A stretch of 64,000 nucleotides of DNA from an uncultured Gammaproteobacteria bacterium (lineage in GTDB: Bacteria; Patescibacteriota; Microgenomatia; Levybacterales; UBA12049). Under the pieces are notes generated by a model that worked only from the letters and a program-made list of their open reading frames with translations, made no database searches and was not told the origin of the DNA. A program made the position numbers and the translations under genes. Shown here one piece after another: positions 1-9,510 of this stretch; position 1 is the first letter of the stretch, and each line of letters starts with the position of its first letter. The stretch covers positions 916,668-980,667 of the forward strand of contig OZ246394.1 of the NCBI GenBank assembly GCA_965230895.1. Reading direction: 5' to 3'.

Positions 1-488
1 TCATGAACTATGACTTCTTTGGATTTATCAACTCGCATACGCAAAATCCAGTCTCCACGAGCAATCATTTCTTCAACTGTTTTTGGTGGTTCTTCATCAG
101 TTTGAGTAATTTGCTTAGCTTCATTTTTTTGCGTGTAATCTTTTTTCTGACCAGCCTCCGCTTTTGCATAATACGCAAAATATGCTAAATCCTTATCTAG
201 TAAATCCTGAGCATACTTATGATAAATAGCCAGACGTTCAGATTGGCGATATGGCCCATGAGATCCACCTTTTCGCACACTTTCAGATTCCGTGAGACCA
301 AACCAATCTAGCGCGGAGAAAATAACATCCTCGGAGCCTTCCACAAAGCGTGCACGATCTGTGTCTTCAATACGTACGAGAAATTTCCCATCTTGTTTCT
401 TCGCATAGGCATAGTTAAATAACGCCTGATAGATAGTACCAATATGTGGATAGCCTGTAGGACTTGGAGCGATTCTTGTTCTAACCAT
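1..488 (-). CDS. gltX: Glutamyl-tRNA synthetase (class I), N-terminal part only; the gene continues past the window start
   Basis: Manual translation of the minus strand from ATG(488): [51 protein letters not shown]... It shows a HIGH-type motif (HIGT) and the RIEDTD box typical of GluRS/GlnRS. The frame is open to position 1. It is absent from the ORF track because there is no in-window stop. Confidence 0.75.
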   Translation of the reverse strand, partial: MVRTRIAPSPTGYPHIGTIYQALFNYAYAKKQDGKFLVRIEDTDRARFVEGSEDVIFSALDWFGLTESESVRKGGSHGPYRQSERLAIYHKYAQDLLDKDLAYFAYYAKAEAGQKKDYTQKNEAKQITQTDEEPPKTVEEMIARGDWILRMRVDKSKEVIVH

Positions 489-526
489 TCTTGCATTATA
501 GGTAAAATTTACCCTATACTCAAGTT

Positions 527-1693
527 ATGACCCTACATAATACTGCAGAGTTTATGAAAAAAGCCGGAATCGCTTCATCGATCGGCCTTGGAGGCATAAT
601 CCTCATCGTTATTTTCTTTAGAATTGGAATTGTTGTAAAGAATATTCTTTTTCCACCAAAAATTCAGCCTGCAAATCAGGCTTATGGAAAAATTCCGTTC
701 TTGGAGTTTCCTCAAAGCACAGTGGAAGGAGATTTTACGTACGATATTGATACATTGTCTGGCGACTTACCGGAATTTCCAGACCGAGTTAACGTATATC
801 CAGTCATAAATAACCCTCCAAATCTTCTTAATCTTGATACTGTAAAGAGAAAAGTTGTGGCAATGGATATGGTCGATACGACAGGAAATATCTTACCTGA
901 AATTCCAAGAGGAGGTCCGATGTACGAATGGGATGAAACAACTGGTTTGGAGCGAAAAGTCATTTTTGATATTGTTTCGCTTAACTTTACACTTACTTCA
1001 GAATATCTCAGTTCAAATACAGTACTTCGTGCTGCTAGGTTTAGAGATCTTCAAGATGAAACAGGCGCTGTCCCGACAGTCCAATCATTCTTGCAGGACA
1101 TCACATCTTACCCTGAGGATATTGATTTAGAGAAAACACGTAATCCTGATCCAAAACTTAACTATATTACAAAGCCGCAGATGTACACAATCCAAGGAAG
1201 TGAACTTGTCCCTGCAACCAGTCTTTCAAATGCTCAGGTAATTCGTGTTGACCTCTATCAAAAGAATGTTAAATATGATCTGGAAGCTGGACGGGAAGGC
1301 GATCTTACGAAGTTCAGAAAATTTGAAATGGACATGCCAATACTCTATCCAAAACCTCCTTATTCGACTATGAACTTTCTCGTAGCGTCAGGCAATAGTA
1401 ATGTTGAAATTGTTTCTGCTATCTTTAACCATAAAGATTTGAATTTAAAACCAGATGAAATTGGTACATATCCAATTAAAACTGCCGAGCAAGCATTTGA
1501 AGACCTAAAAGCTGGGAATGGATATGTCGCAGCATATAACGGCGGAGATAACCAAATACTTATTAATAATATTTACTTAGCATATTATCTCGGAGAATCT
1601 GAACAGGAATATCTTATGCCTGTTGTTGTTTTTGAAGGACCAAATGGTTTCTTTGCCTATGTAAACGCGGTAAAAGATGAAGCCATGGAATAA
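527..1693 (+). CDS. Hypothetical membrane-anchored protein (N-terminal TM helix, large extracytoplasmic domain)
   Basis: 388-aa ORF. A hydrophobic segment GIASSIGLGGIILIVIFF follows a probable start at MKKAG. No recognisable catalytic motif. Confidence 0.45.
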   Translation: MTLHNTAEFMKKAGIASSIGLGGIILIVIFFRIGIVVKNILFPPKIQPANQAYGKIPFLEFPQSTVEGDFTYDIDTLSGDLPEFPDRVNVYPVINNPPNLLNLDTVKRKVVAMDMVDTTGNILPEIPRGGPMYEWDETTGLERKVIFDIVSLNFTLTSEYLSSNTVLRAARFRDLQDETGAVPTVQSFLQDITSYPEDIDLEKTRNPDPKLNYITKPQMYTIQGSELVPATSLSNAQVIRVDLYQKNVKYDLEAGREGDLTKFRKFEMDMPILYPKPPYSTMNFLVASGNSNVEIVSAIFNHKDLNLKPDEIGTYPIKTAEQAFEDLKAGNGYVAAYNGGDNQILINNIYLAYYLGESEQEYLMPVVVFEGPNGFFAYVNAVKDEAME

Positions 1694-1694
1694 A

Positions 1695-2939
1695 TTATTT
1701 CTCTTCAAGCGAATCTAATGATGGAGAAACATACTGTACATTTTCCTCAATAAAGTTCATCAATATACTTGTATCTGTAAATCTATCTTGACTTTGCATA
1801 ACCACAATAATATACGTATGTCCATTCTTAACTGTGGATGTTACGAGAACTTCTCCAGCACCTTCTGTAGTCCCCGTCTTGATTCCTGTCACCCCATTAC
1901 TTCCAAGCAACCTGTTTAGATTGGTTAATGGATAACTTCTGGTGTACGCTAAATTGTTTATTGTCTTATATCTTGTTGATGTAATGTCTACAAAAACTGG
2001 GTGCGTAATAGCATGCGATGCAAGCCGTGCAAGATCGACAACAGTTGTATAGTCACCATCGTCATCAAGTCCAGAAGGATCAGCATAATGTGTTTTTGTA
2101 AGATGTAGTGAAGCGGCTTTTTCATTCATTTTCTTTATAAATTCAGCAGACCCGCCAGGATAATTATCAGCAATAGCTTGTGCAGCATCATTGGCGGATG
2201 GAAGCATCATCGCATACAGTAAATCTTTAAAGCGGAATTTATCTCCAGGAACTAATCCTAAACCAGAGCCTTCAACACCGTATGATTTGATTGTCAAAAT
2301 TGCATCCAATGCATAATAATCTAACCCTGTTAATGCAGTCATTATCTTTGTCGTAGATGCCATTGAGAAACGTAACTGAGGATTCTTTGAGAATAGAATT
2401 ACTTGAGAATCAGCATCAACAATAATTGCTGCATTTGCTGATATATCAGGTGTTGCTACCTTCTGAACAAATGGATACGGATGCAGTTTTGTATTCACTC
2501 CGGATGCATGGAATTCTTCGACGGCTAATGCTGCCACCATTTGGCTATTAATAACATTTAAAGTAACGAGAATCATGAGCAGTATTAATGGAAAGAGCAC
2601 AAGTTGCAGATCAGATTCGTTTTTTTGCAGAAACTTACGGATGTTTTTGTGCCTCCTGATAAATCGCAGTTTTGACAGCGGTACAGGCTTAATTGTATTC
2701 TTCCACGAAACAATTGCGTTTTTGAAAGCCTCAAAATAATTATGGCTATTTGTAACTTGCGGGGTGACTGTATCGCTAGATGTACTCTTTTCTTGCGCTA
2801 ATTCTTTAATTGCGTTCTCAACAAGTATATCTTTTGGTTTAGTCTTTTTTGCCTTTACGAACTTTTTCGGTTTTTTCTTCGATAGCTGAAAATCTTTCAT
2901 CAATACGCTCCATATCTCGCGGGAACATAGCTGCCTCAC
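1695..2939 (-). CDS. D-alanyl-D-alanine carboxypeptidase (serine peptidase S11, PBP5/6-like) with a Lys-rich N-terminal tail and a TM anchor
   Basis: SxxK active-site motif ASTTKIMTA and overall PBP5-like layout. Hydrophobic segment LVLFPLILLMILVTL. An alternative start at MKDFQ (2900) would reduce the overlap with the aspS 3' end. Confidence 0.7.
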   Translation of the reverse strand: MRQLCSREIWSVLMKDFQLSKKKPKKFVKAKKTKPKDILVENAIKELAQEKSTSSDTVTPQVTNSHNYFEAFKNAIVSWKNTIKPVPLSKLRFIRRHKNIRKFLQKNESDLQLVLFPLILLMILVTLNVINSQMVAALAVEEFHASGVNTKLHPYPFVQKVATPDISANAAIIVDADSQVILFSKNPQLRFSMASTTKIMTALTGLDYYALDAILTIKSYGVEGSGLGLVPGDKFRFKDLLYAMMLPSANDAAQAIADNYPGGSAEFIKKMNEKAASLHLTKTHYADPSGLDDDGDYTTVVDLARLASHAITHPVFVDITSTRYKTINNLAYTRSYPLTNLNRLLGSNGVTGIKTGTTEGAGEVLVTSTVKNGHTYIIVVMQSQDRFTDTSILMNFIEENVQYVSPSLDSLEEK

Positions 2940-4230
2940 GAATATTTTTTAGACCAAGCACTTGCATTGTAATACGTTCTGCGCCAAATGCAAATCCTCC
3001 TTCAGGTGGGACACCATAACGAAACGCTTCCATGAACATACTTATTTTATTTGGATCCATCTTCCAAGCTTTTACATGCTCTTGAAGCTGCTTGTAATCG
3101 TTAATTCTTCTTCCACCGGATAACCACTCTACACCACGGCAGAGTAAATCCATACCTTCATTATACTCAGGTTCCTCAGGGTTTGGATAGACATAAAATG
3201 GTTTTTTCTTTGTCGGATAGCCATAAATAAACACTAAATCTGAACCAGTCTCTTCTTTAATAATTGCACAGATCTCCCGTTCATCTTCAGGGTTTAAATC
3301 TTTCTCCCCACGTACATCTCTTTTGGAATGTTTATAAATTCTCTCTTGTGCTTCGCGCAAACTTAACGTTGGAGTTTTCTCAATCATTTGCGGTAATGCT
3401 ACACCAAACATCTCGAGTTCTTTTTTACATTTCTTTTCTAATTCACCAAATATAAATCGTACCGTAGCTTCAGCCATATCTCGAACATCTGTCCATGTCT
3501 CAATAAAAGACATTTCGGCGTCGAGGGAAACAACTTCAGTAAGATGTCTTGCTGTAACACTTGGCTCTGCGCGGAAAACTTTATTGACTGAGAATACTCG
3601 TTCAAATGCACTCATTACAATTTGCTTGTAGAGCTGTGGACTTTGAGAAAGATAAGCTTTGTGCTGGAAATATTCTACTTCGAAGACTTCTGCACCACCT
3701 TCTGCAACTGCAGGTGCAATTGATGGAGCTTGGAACTCGAAAAACTCTTGTGATTTCATAAACTCTCGGAACGAATCAATAATCACTGCCTGCACTTTAA
3801 ATATTGCCTGCACCTGAGGATGACGAAGAGATAAAGCTCGATGATCCAAAAGTGTTGGTAATTCCAAATTTAAGGTCTCTGCACCCATATCAAATGGTAA
3901 TGTCTCAGCTTCTGCAAGAATCTCAACATCTGTTGCTTCAACTTCAACTGTGCCACTCGCAATCTTCTCATTAATTAATTTTTCTGGACGAGCATTTACT
4001 AAGCCTTTGATTGCAACAACAAATTCTGGTCGGAATGTTGTTGCAGCTTGATGTGCTTTTTCTGAAACTTTTGGATTGAAAACAACTTGTACTAAACCAG
4101 TACGATCTCGTAGATCAATAAATATCAATTTTCCATGATCACGTCGCGCGTGAACCCATCCTTGAATAAGTACTTCTTCGCCTACTTGTTTTGGTGTCTG
4201 TGCAGATAATGTTCGTTGTAAACCTTTCAT
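2839..4230 (-). CDS. aspS: Aspartyl-tRNA synthetase, class IIb, archaeal/eukaryal type (may be non-discriminating)
   Basis: Motif 2/3 region VFRAEPSVTARHLTEVVSLDAEM and C-terminal GGFAFGAERITM...FPRD. The N-terminus MKGLQRTLSAQTPKQVGEEVLIQGWVHARRDHGKLIFIDLRDRTG aligns with the AspRS anticodon-binding OB fold. The track ORF extends to 4287; I chose the internal Met at 4230. Confidence 0.8.
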   Translation of the reverse strand: MKGLQRTLSAQTPKQVGEEVLIQGWVHARRDHGKLIFIDLRDRTGLVQVVFNPKVSEKAHQAATTFRPEFVVAIKGLVNARPEKLINEKIASGTVEVEATDVEILAEAETLPFDMGAETLNLELPTLLDHRALSLRHPQVQAIFKVQAVIIDSFREFMKSQEFFEFQAPSIAPAVAEGGAEVFEVEYFQHKAYLSQSPQLYKQIVMSAFERVFSVNKVFRAEPSVTARHLTEVVSLDAEMSFIETWTDVRDMAEATVRFIFGELEKKCKKELEMFGVALPQMIEKTPTLSLREAQERIYKHSKRDVRGEKDLNPEDEREICAIIKEETGSDLVFIYGYPTKKKPFYVYPNPEEPEYNEGMDLLCRGVEWLSGGRRINDYKQLQEHVKAWKMDPNKISMFMEAFRYGVPPEGGFAFGAERITMQVLGLKNIREAAMFPRDMERIDERFSAIEEKTEKVRKGKKD

Positions 4231-4370
4231 TCTGTTGCTTATCATACCTGAAAACTCGTCACTTGACAAGCTGATTCTCCTTACCATATACTTACACTAA
4301 CTTATGCAAACGTATCAATCTTGCCGCCACAATTTTATGATTAAGAATCTCTATGTCCTCTGGACTAACG

Positions 4371-4450
4371 GGAGATTGGTGACGTGAGAAATACAAGAAA
4401 AGTATAAAACAACAAAGAACCAATCTCCTCAAAAAGGAGATTTTTTTTTG
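4371..4450 (+). promoter_or_regulatory. Attenuator-like RNA switch in a divergent intergenic region: a 10-bp long-range pairing that competes with a terminator-like hairpin plus U9
   Basis: ggagattggt (4371-4380) is the exact reverse complement of accaatctcc (4419-4428). The latter overlaps the hairpin aatctcc-tcaaaaa-ggagatt, which is followed by ttttttttt (4441-4449), 17 nt before the ATG at 4467. Confidence 0.3.
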
Positions 4451-4466
4451 GAAAGAAGACAAAAAT

Positions 4467-5909
4467 ATGACAAATATAGAAACATCAAGACAATCAATCA
4501 GACGACCAGCAACATTGCAGGCTTTCGATTCCGCATGCAGTACAACTGAAGTTGGAAAAGTTGTCGTAGGGAACAAGCTTGCACAATCAAGCGACATTAG
4601 AAGATTAGGCAGTGAAGTTGCAAGAGGTGCAGAGGCAAATCCAACTCGAGTTGGAGAACTTTCTGAAAAAGTAAACGGCGCAGTCTATGGTGCGTTGAAA
4701 AGAATGTATGATTTAGCACCAGAAACTGAAACCGGAGACGGAGAGACTCCACAAGCCTTTTTTCAAAGACATATGGGCATTGCCGAGAGTACAGTTCGAA
4801 GATTAGCAGAGAGCGTAAATCCAAGTGACCCATTATTGGATGAGCCCCCGCATGAATTTGCATCACCAGCAGATGTTATCAAACACCTGTCGTCACCCGG
4901 TACTACGCCGGAGTCGCGAAGAGCGGTTACAACGAGATTGGCTTTTGGATTAACGTCAGCAGAAATGGAGCAACACTTTGAAGGAACAACTGAAGTCCTT
5001 CAGGAAGTTGATGGCATGATTGGATCCGCAATTATTGTTGGTCCACGCGGTTCAGGAGATATTTTTACAGTTCATGATAATAGAACCAATACTCTTGCAC
5101 GAGCAGCGATTACATTGCAAGCATTGTTTGAAGAACCTTTGGATCCTGATGTACACGTTAAGCAACATGATCTCAATGGAGATTTCCAACACATAGGTCA
5201 AACTGAGGATCAAACTGTTGGTTTGGTTGCTGTACGATCACGAATTAAATCGGGAGAGACTGCTTTATTAAAAACCGTTCGAGAAGCAATTTTGAGAACA
5301 GAAAAAGCAGATGAAGATACTACTGAAGCAGGCAATTTAAATGCATCAGATACACAAGATAGAATTGGTTCAACATTCGTGGCTCTTGAGGCAGAGCACA
5401 GTTATGATCAGAAAGTTAGTGCATTGAGAGACAGTGTCTTGAAACAATTCCAAGCACTCTACCCCAATCTAACTGAAGAAGATTTCGTAGAAGATTCAAA
5501 GACAAACCAACGACCTGATTCTGTTGACTTTACATTCCAGAGAGTACTTGTAAATAATATTCCAGGAATTGATGGATACTATGAAATAATGTTCTTCGGA
5601 CAGGATTATTTCAACTATAAATATGCTGTTGGTGATACAGATCCTGAAACTGGTAGACCTGACGGATGTGCTCATTCATTGTATGAAGGAACAAGGTTTT
5701 TCAAAACATATAATGAGATATTTAAACCAAACAATCCTGAAGGTATTGAAAGAAATATGTATGCAGACAGAGTAGAACAGTTACTTGATGATAACAGAAT
5801 CGATACCGCCGATCTGAAAAAGAAATATGAGGAGCAGCAAGAAGGGGCGAGTTCTGAAGTATTTGTGAGAAGACTCCCAAATACTGGAGTCGTATTTAGT
5901 ACGGTTTAA
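4467..5909 (+). CDS. Hypothetical acidic soluble protein (480 aa), no recognisable domain
   Basis: Long clean ORF with slightly higher GC than its neighbours. It is preceded by an attenuator-like hairpin and U-run. Confidence 0.5.
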   Translation: MTNIETSRQSIRRPATLQAFDSACSTTEVGKVVVGNKLAQSSDIRRLGSEVARGAEANPTRVGELSEKVNGAVYGALKRMYDLAPETETGDGETPQAFFQRHMGIAESTVRRLAESVNPSDPLLDEPPHEFASPADVIKHLSSPGTTPESRRAVTTRLAFGLTSAEMEQHFEGTTEVLQEVDGMIGSAIIVGPRGSGDIFTVHDNRTNTLARAAITLQALFEEPLDPDVHVKQHDLNGDFQHIGQTEDQTVGLVAVRSRIKSGETALLKTVREAILRTEKADEDTTEAGNLNASDTQDRIGSTFVALEAEHSYDQKVSALRDSVLKQFQALYPNLTEEDFVEDSKTNQRPDSVDFTFQRVLVNNIPGIDGYYEIMFFGQDYFNYKYAVGDTDPETGRPDGCAHSLYEGTRFFKTYNEIFKPNNPEGIERNMYADRVEQLLDDNRIDTADLKKKYEEQQEGASSEVFVRRLPNTGVVFSTV

Positions 5910-7576
5910 TTTGGCAAAATTAAATCTCTAATTTTTAATTGTAATTTTGTATTCCCGTTCCATGTGTTTTCATCGAGAACATATGCAATAGCAATCTTTT
6001 GCCCGACTTTAAGTTCTGCAGCCAATTCACCCATTCCAAAGGCAATTGCCTCAAATGATTTACCATTTTGAGAAACCATAAGCTTGAGATGATTTGCTTC
6101 TTTTCCAAGTACTCTTATATTTTCGACAGTAACTTCTCTACTGGCAAAGACCGGCTCAGGATTTGCCATACCAAATGGCGCAAGTGTTTGAATCTTTTCA
6201 TATAGTTCCTCATCGAGTAGATCCAAAGATAATTCTAAATCAATCTTTAAGCTTCTCGTTAAGATTTCCTCATCCAATAGATCAAGTGATGCTTCTTCTA
6301 AAAGCGTTTGTAACTCTTCAAATTTTGCTGTCTCAATTGTAAAGCCTGCAGCCATAGGATGCCCACCAACGTTTACAAAATGTTCTTCGTGCAATCTAAG
6401 AAACTCAATAATATTAAATCCACTTACAGACCGAGCAGATCCTTTACTATGTGTCTCACCAATCGAAAGGACAATTGAAGGACGATAGAATGATTCAACT
6501 AATTTGCCTGCAACCAATCCAATGACACCTTCTTTATACGTTTCATGTCCAACTATTAATATATGTTTTGGAGCATCAAATGAATTCACATGCATGATCG
6601 CATGCTCTGCTGCTTCTTTTAGGAGAAATTGTCTTTCTTTATTTGTGAGTTCTAATTGTGAAGAAAGTAATGTTGCACGTTGCTTATCTTTTGTACAAAG
6701 TAACCGCAAACTATCCATAGCAGATTCGATCCTTCCAGCAGCATTAAGACGAGGCCCGATGATATAACCAATTTCATAGACACCTATTGCCTCTTGGTTG
6801 ATTCCTGATTGTGTAAAGAGAGCGACTAAACCTATCCTTTTTGTTCGACGAAGTTTTTCCAAGCCATGCATTACAATAGTTCTATTTGCACCAGTCAGCG
6901 GTACTAAGTCAGCAACTGTCCCCAATGCAGCAAGTTCAAGGTGCTCATCGGATTCAGCATTGAAACCACCGTATTGTTTTCGAAGTTCTTTAGACAAAAG
7001 ATATGCCACCCCTGCACCACACAAATTTGTTGTATGAACGATAGCATGCGCATCAGGCTTTGTTTCACCAACAGCATGATGATCAGTGATAATAACATCA
7101 ATTCCGGCTTGATTTGCAAACTGCACAGCTTCATGAGCAACGATTCCATTATCAACTGTTATGATAAGTTTTATATCTTTAATCTTTTCTTGTACGTTAG
7201 TAATTCCTTTAAGTGAAAGGCCATATCCTTCATCAGATCTATTTGGTATGTAGGGTAAGCACTTAGCTCCGATATCATGAAGTGTTTCCCAAAGGATTGC
7301 ACTTCCAGTAATACCATCAACATCGTAATCACCAAACACGACAATCTGTTCTTTACTTTCAATTGCTTTTGCAATTCTTTTAATTGCGGTTTGTAGCGCT
7401 TTCTCATCAAGTCCAACTACCGAAGGTGTCACATCTTCCATTTTTGGATGAAGAAAAGTATCAATATCTTTCTTGGTTGTAATTCCGCGATTATTAAGGA
7501 GTAATTTTATAATAATCTCGATATCAAGCTTCTGTATTTTGTCAGAAACAAACGTCCATTTTTTCTTTGCTGGCAT
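5906..7576 (-). CDS. recJ: Single-stranded-DNA-specific exonuclease RecJ (DHH/DHHA1)
   Basis: DHH motif ITDHHA, VDGITGSAIL, GGGH-like GGHPMAAGF (DHHA1), and a C-terminal OB fold. Confidence 0.85.
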   Translation of the reverse strand: MPAKKKWTFVSDKIQKLDIEIIIKLLLNNRGITTKKDIDTFLHPKMEDVTPSVVGLDEKALQTAIKRIAKAIESKEQIVVFGDYDVDGITGSAILWETLHDIGAKCLPYIPNRSDEGYGLSLKGITNVQEKIKDIKLIITVDNGIVAHEAVQFANQAGIDVIITDHHAVGETKPDAHAIVHTTNLCGAGVAYLLSKELRKQYGGFNAESDEHLELAALGTVADLVPLTGANRTIVMHGLEKLRRTKRIGLVALFTQSGINQEAIGVYEIGYIIGPRLNAAGRIESAMDSLRLLCTKDKQRATLLSSQLELTNKERQFLLKEAAEHAIMHVNSFDAPKHILIVGHETYKEGVIGLVAGKLVESFYRPSIVLSIGETHSKGSARSVSGFNIIEFLRLHEEHFVNVGGHPMAAGFTIETAKFEELQTLLEEASLDLLDEEILTRSLKIDLELSLDLLDEELYEKIQTLAPFGMANPEPVFASREVTVENIRVLGKEANHLKLMVSQNGKSFEAIAFGMGELAAELKVGQKIAIAYVLDENTWNGNTKLQLKIRDLILPN

Positions 7577-7593
7577 GGTATAATTTTAACAGC

Positions 7594-8997
7594 ATGAAGC
7601 AAGTTGTGCCAGAAGAAATTAAAAAAATATATGAACAATTTCGCGGTGCTGGTTTTCGCTTATATCTCGTCGGTGGATCGGTCCGCAATATACTGATCTA
7701 CAAAGAAAATGCCCTTCAAAATATCAAAGATTGGGATATGACAACTGATGCAACACCTGAACAAATGCTCGAGCTATTTCCCAATGCCTTTTATGATAAT
7801 GCATTTGGAACGGTAGGTATTCCAGTTAAAAGCTTGCTTGAGACAGAACATCCTGGCGTAGTAGAAATTACGACCTTCCGTACTGAACGCGGTTATTCAG
7901 ACAGAAGACATCCAAGTGAAGTCACATGGGGAAAAACAATTGAAGAAGATCTTGCACGCCGTGATTTTACAATGAATGCAATCGCTATGGAATTTAGTGG
8001 TGATACAGCAGAGATTGATACGGAACAATTAATTGATTTATATAACGGAGCAGAAGACATCCAAGCAAAAATCATTAGGACTGTTGGCGATCCAATGGAG
8101 CGATTTAAGGAAGATGCGTTGCGTCTCATGAGAGCTATCCGTTTTGCATCTCAACTCGGATTCCAAATTGAAGCGACAACATTAAAAGCAATAACTGAGG
8201 ATGCTCCGCTACTTGCAAGTATTGCACGAGAAAGAGTTCGAGATGAGCTGATGAAAGTTCTTGCAAGTGAATATCCTTACGAAGGAATTATGCTCTTAAG
8301 AAATACTGGACTGTTAGAACAAATTCTTCCAGAACTTCTTGAAGGCATTGGAGTCTCACAAGCGCGCCCAGGAAGACACCACAAAGACGATGTCTTTACA
8401 CATAATGTTCTTTCACTAAAACATTGTAGCTCAACCGATCCAATTGTTCGATTTGCAACTTTGATCCATGATATTGGCAAACCCCGTGTCGCTTCCGCTG
8501 ATGAAGATGGTTTTGTCATCTTTCACAATCATGAGATTGTTGGAGCAAAAATCGCTTATGAAATTTGCGATAGATTACGCTTTTCCAAAAAGAATAAAGA
8601 GAAAGTTGTAAAACTTATACGGTGGCATATGTTTACCGTTGACGAACATATAACCGATAGCGCGATCAGAAGATTTATCAGAAGAATTGGCAATGAAAAT
8701 GTCAAAGATATGATGGATTTGCGCGTGGGAGATAGACTCGGTGGAGGGACACAAACAGCTGAAAGTTGGAGATTAAAATTATTCAAAAAACGAGTTGAAG
8801 AGCAATTGGCTCCTGCTCCTTTCTCTATAAATGATATGGCTATTGACGGGAATGACATTATGAAAGAACTAGACATTAAACCAGGAAGACATATCGGAGA
8901 ACTTTTGCAAAAACTATTTGAAGAGGTTGATGAAGATTTGAATAATAACACTCGTGAATATTTACTCAAGCGGGTAAAGGAAATATATCAAAAATAA
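7594..8997 (+). CDS. cca: CCA-adding tRNA nucleotidyltransferase with HD domain
   Basis: Pol-beta NTase head LYLVGGSVRN...DWDMTT, and an HD motif LIHDIGKP in the C-terminal half. The track ORF begins at TTG 7567; ATG 7594 is preferred because it avoids overlapping the recJ start. Confidence 0.8.
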   Translation: MKQVVPEEIKKIYEQFRGAGFRLYLVGGSVRNILIYKENALQNIKDWDMTTDATPEQMLELFPNAFYDNAFGTVGIPVKSLLETEHPGVVEITTFRTERGYSDRRHPSEVTWGKTIEEDLARRDFTMNAIAMEFSGDTAEIDTEQLIDLYNGAEDIQAKIIRTVGDPMERFKEDALRLMRAIRFASQLGFQIEATTLKAITEDAPLLASIARERVRDELMKVLASEYPYEGIMLLRNTGLLEQILPELLEGIGVSQARPGRHHKDDVFTHNVLSLKHCSSTDPIVRFATLIHDIGKPRVASADEDGFVIFHNHEIVGAKIAYEICDRLRFSKKNKEKVVKLIRWHMFTVDEHITDSAIRRFIRRIGNENVKDMMDLRVGDRLGGGTQTAESWRLKLFKKRVEEQLAPAPFSINDMAIDGNDIMKELDIKPGRHIGELLQKLFEEVDEDLNNNTREYLLKRVKEIYQK

Positions 8998-9432
8998 TTA
9001 TTTCTTTTTAGGAGTCACCTTCTGTACTGAAGTACAAAATGCACAGCGTTTTGCTTCCAATGGAATTTCACTCAAACACTCTGTACATTTCTTTGAAGTC
9101 GGATCTAAAGGTTTTTTATTTTTTTGCATATTTGTCATAAGCTTGTTCATCGGTGTAACGACGAAGAAATAGATAACTGCTGCGTTAATGAAGAAAGCGA
9201 TAAGGACATTTACGAAATCGCCAACTAAAAATTTTGAATTATTAATAGTAAAACTTATCTGCGAAAAATCTGGTTGTCCACCAATTGCGGCAATAAAAGG
9301 AGTAATTAAATCTTTAACGAGAGCGTTAACAACTGCACTGAAAGAAGCACCGATAATGATACCGACTGCCAAATCAACAGCATTTCCTTTAACAATAAAC
9401 TGTTTAAAACCCTGAAGTGTTTCTTTAATCAT
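8998..9432 (-). CDS. mscL: Large-conductance mechanosensitive channel MscL with an atypical C-terminal CxxC...CxxC zinc-ribbon tail
   Basis: N-terminus KEFIVKGNAVDLAVGIIIGASF and TM2 are typical of MscL. The C-terminus KKCTECLSEIPLEAKRCAFCTS carries four Cys. Confidence 0.8.
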   Translation of the reverse strand: MIKETLQGFKQFIVKGNAVDLAVGIIIGASFSAVVNALVKDLITPFIAAIGGQPDFSQISFTINNSKFLVGDFVNVLIAFFINAAVIYFFVVTPMNKLMTNMQKNKKPLDPTSKKCTECLSEIPLEAKRCAFCTSVQKVTPKKK

Positions 9433-9475
9433 TAATTTGTATTATATGAAATCTTACTCATCTGTCAATAGTGTG

Positions 9476-9510
9476 CTTGCATTTGCGAACAATACTATTA
9501 TAATAGTAAT
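9476..9510 (+). promoter_or_regulatory. Candidate sigma70-like promoter (TTGCAT-16nt-TATAAT) upstream of the ABC transporter gene
   Basis: ttgcat ttgcgaacaatactat tataat, read directly in the divergent intergenic region. It sits inside a 9-10 bp long-range inverted repeat (aatcttactc / gagtaagatt). Confidence 0.3.

Noticed and set aside
3-188. 61-aa plus-strand ORF at the window start
   Set aside because: It lies antisense within the gltX coding frame, which carries clear GluRS motifs. It is low-complexity and hydrophobic with no signals, so it is spurious.
712-1130. Two small ORFs (712-963 minus, 855-1130 plus) inside the 527-1693 gene
   Set aside because: They are fully nested in a longer, coherent ORF on the other frame, with no independent start signals.
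4288-4466. Possible T-box leader for aspS
   Set aside because: The region is too short (about 180-230 nt) and lacks the conserved T-box sequence (AGGGUGGNACCGCG-like). It was kept only as a generic attenuator-like observation.
4292-4597. 101-aa minus-strand ORF spanning the aspS upstream region and the start of the 4467 gene
   Set aside because: It is antisense to a well-supported ORF and traverses the hairpin/U-run element, so it is likely spurious.
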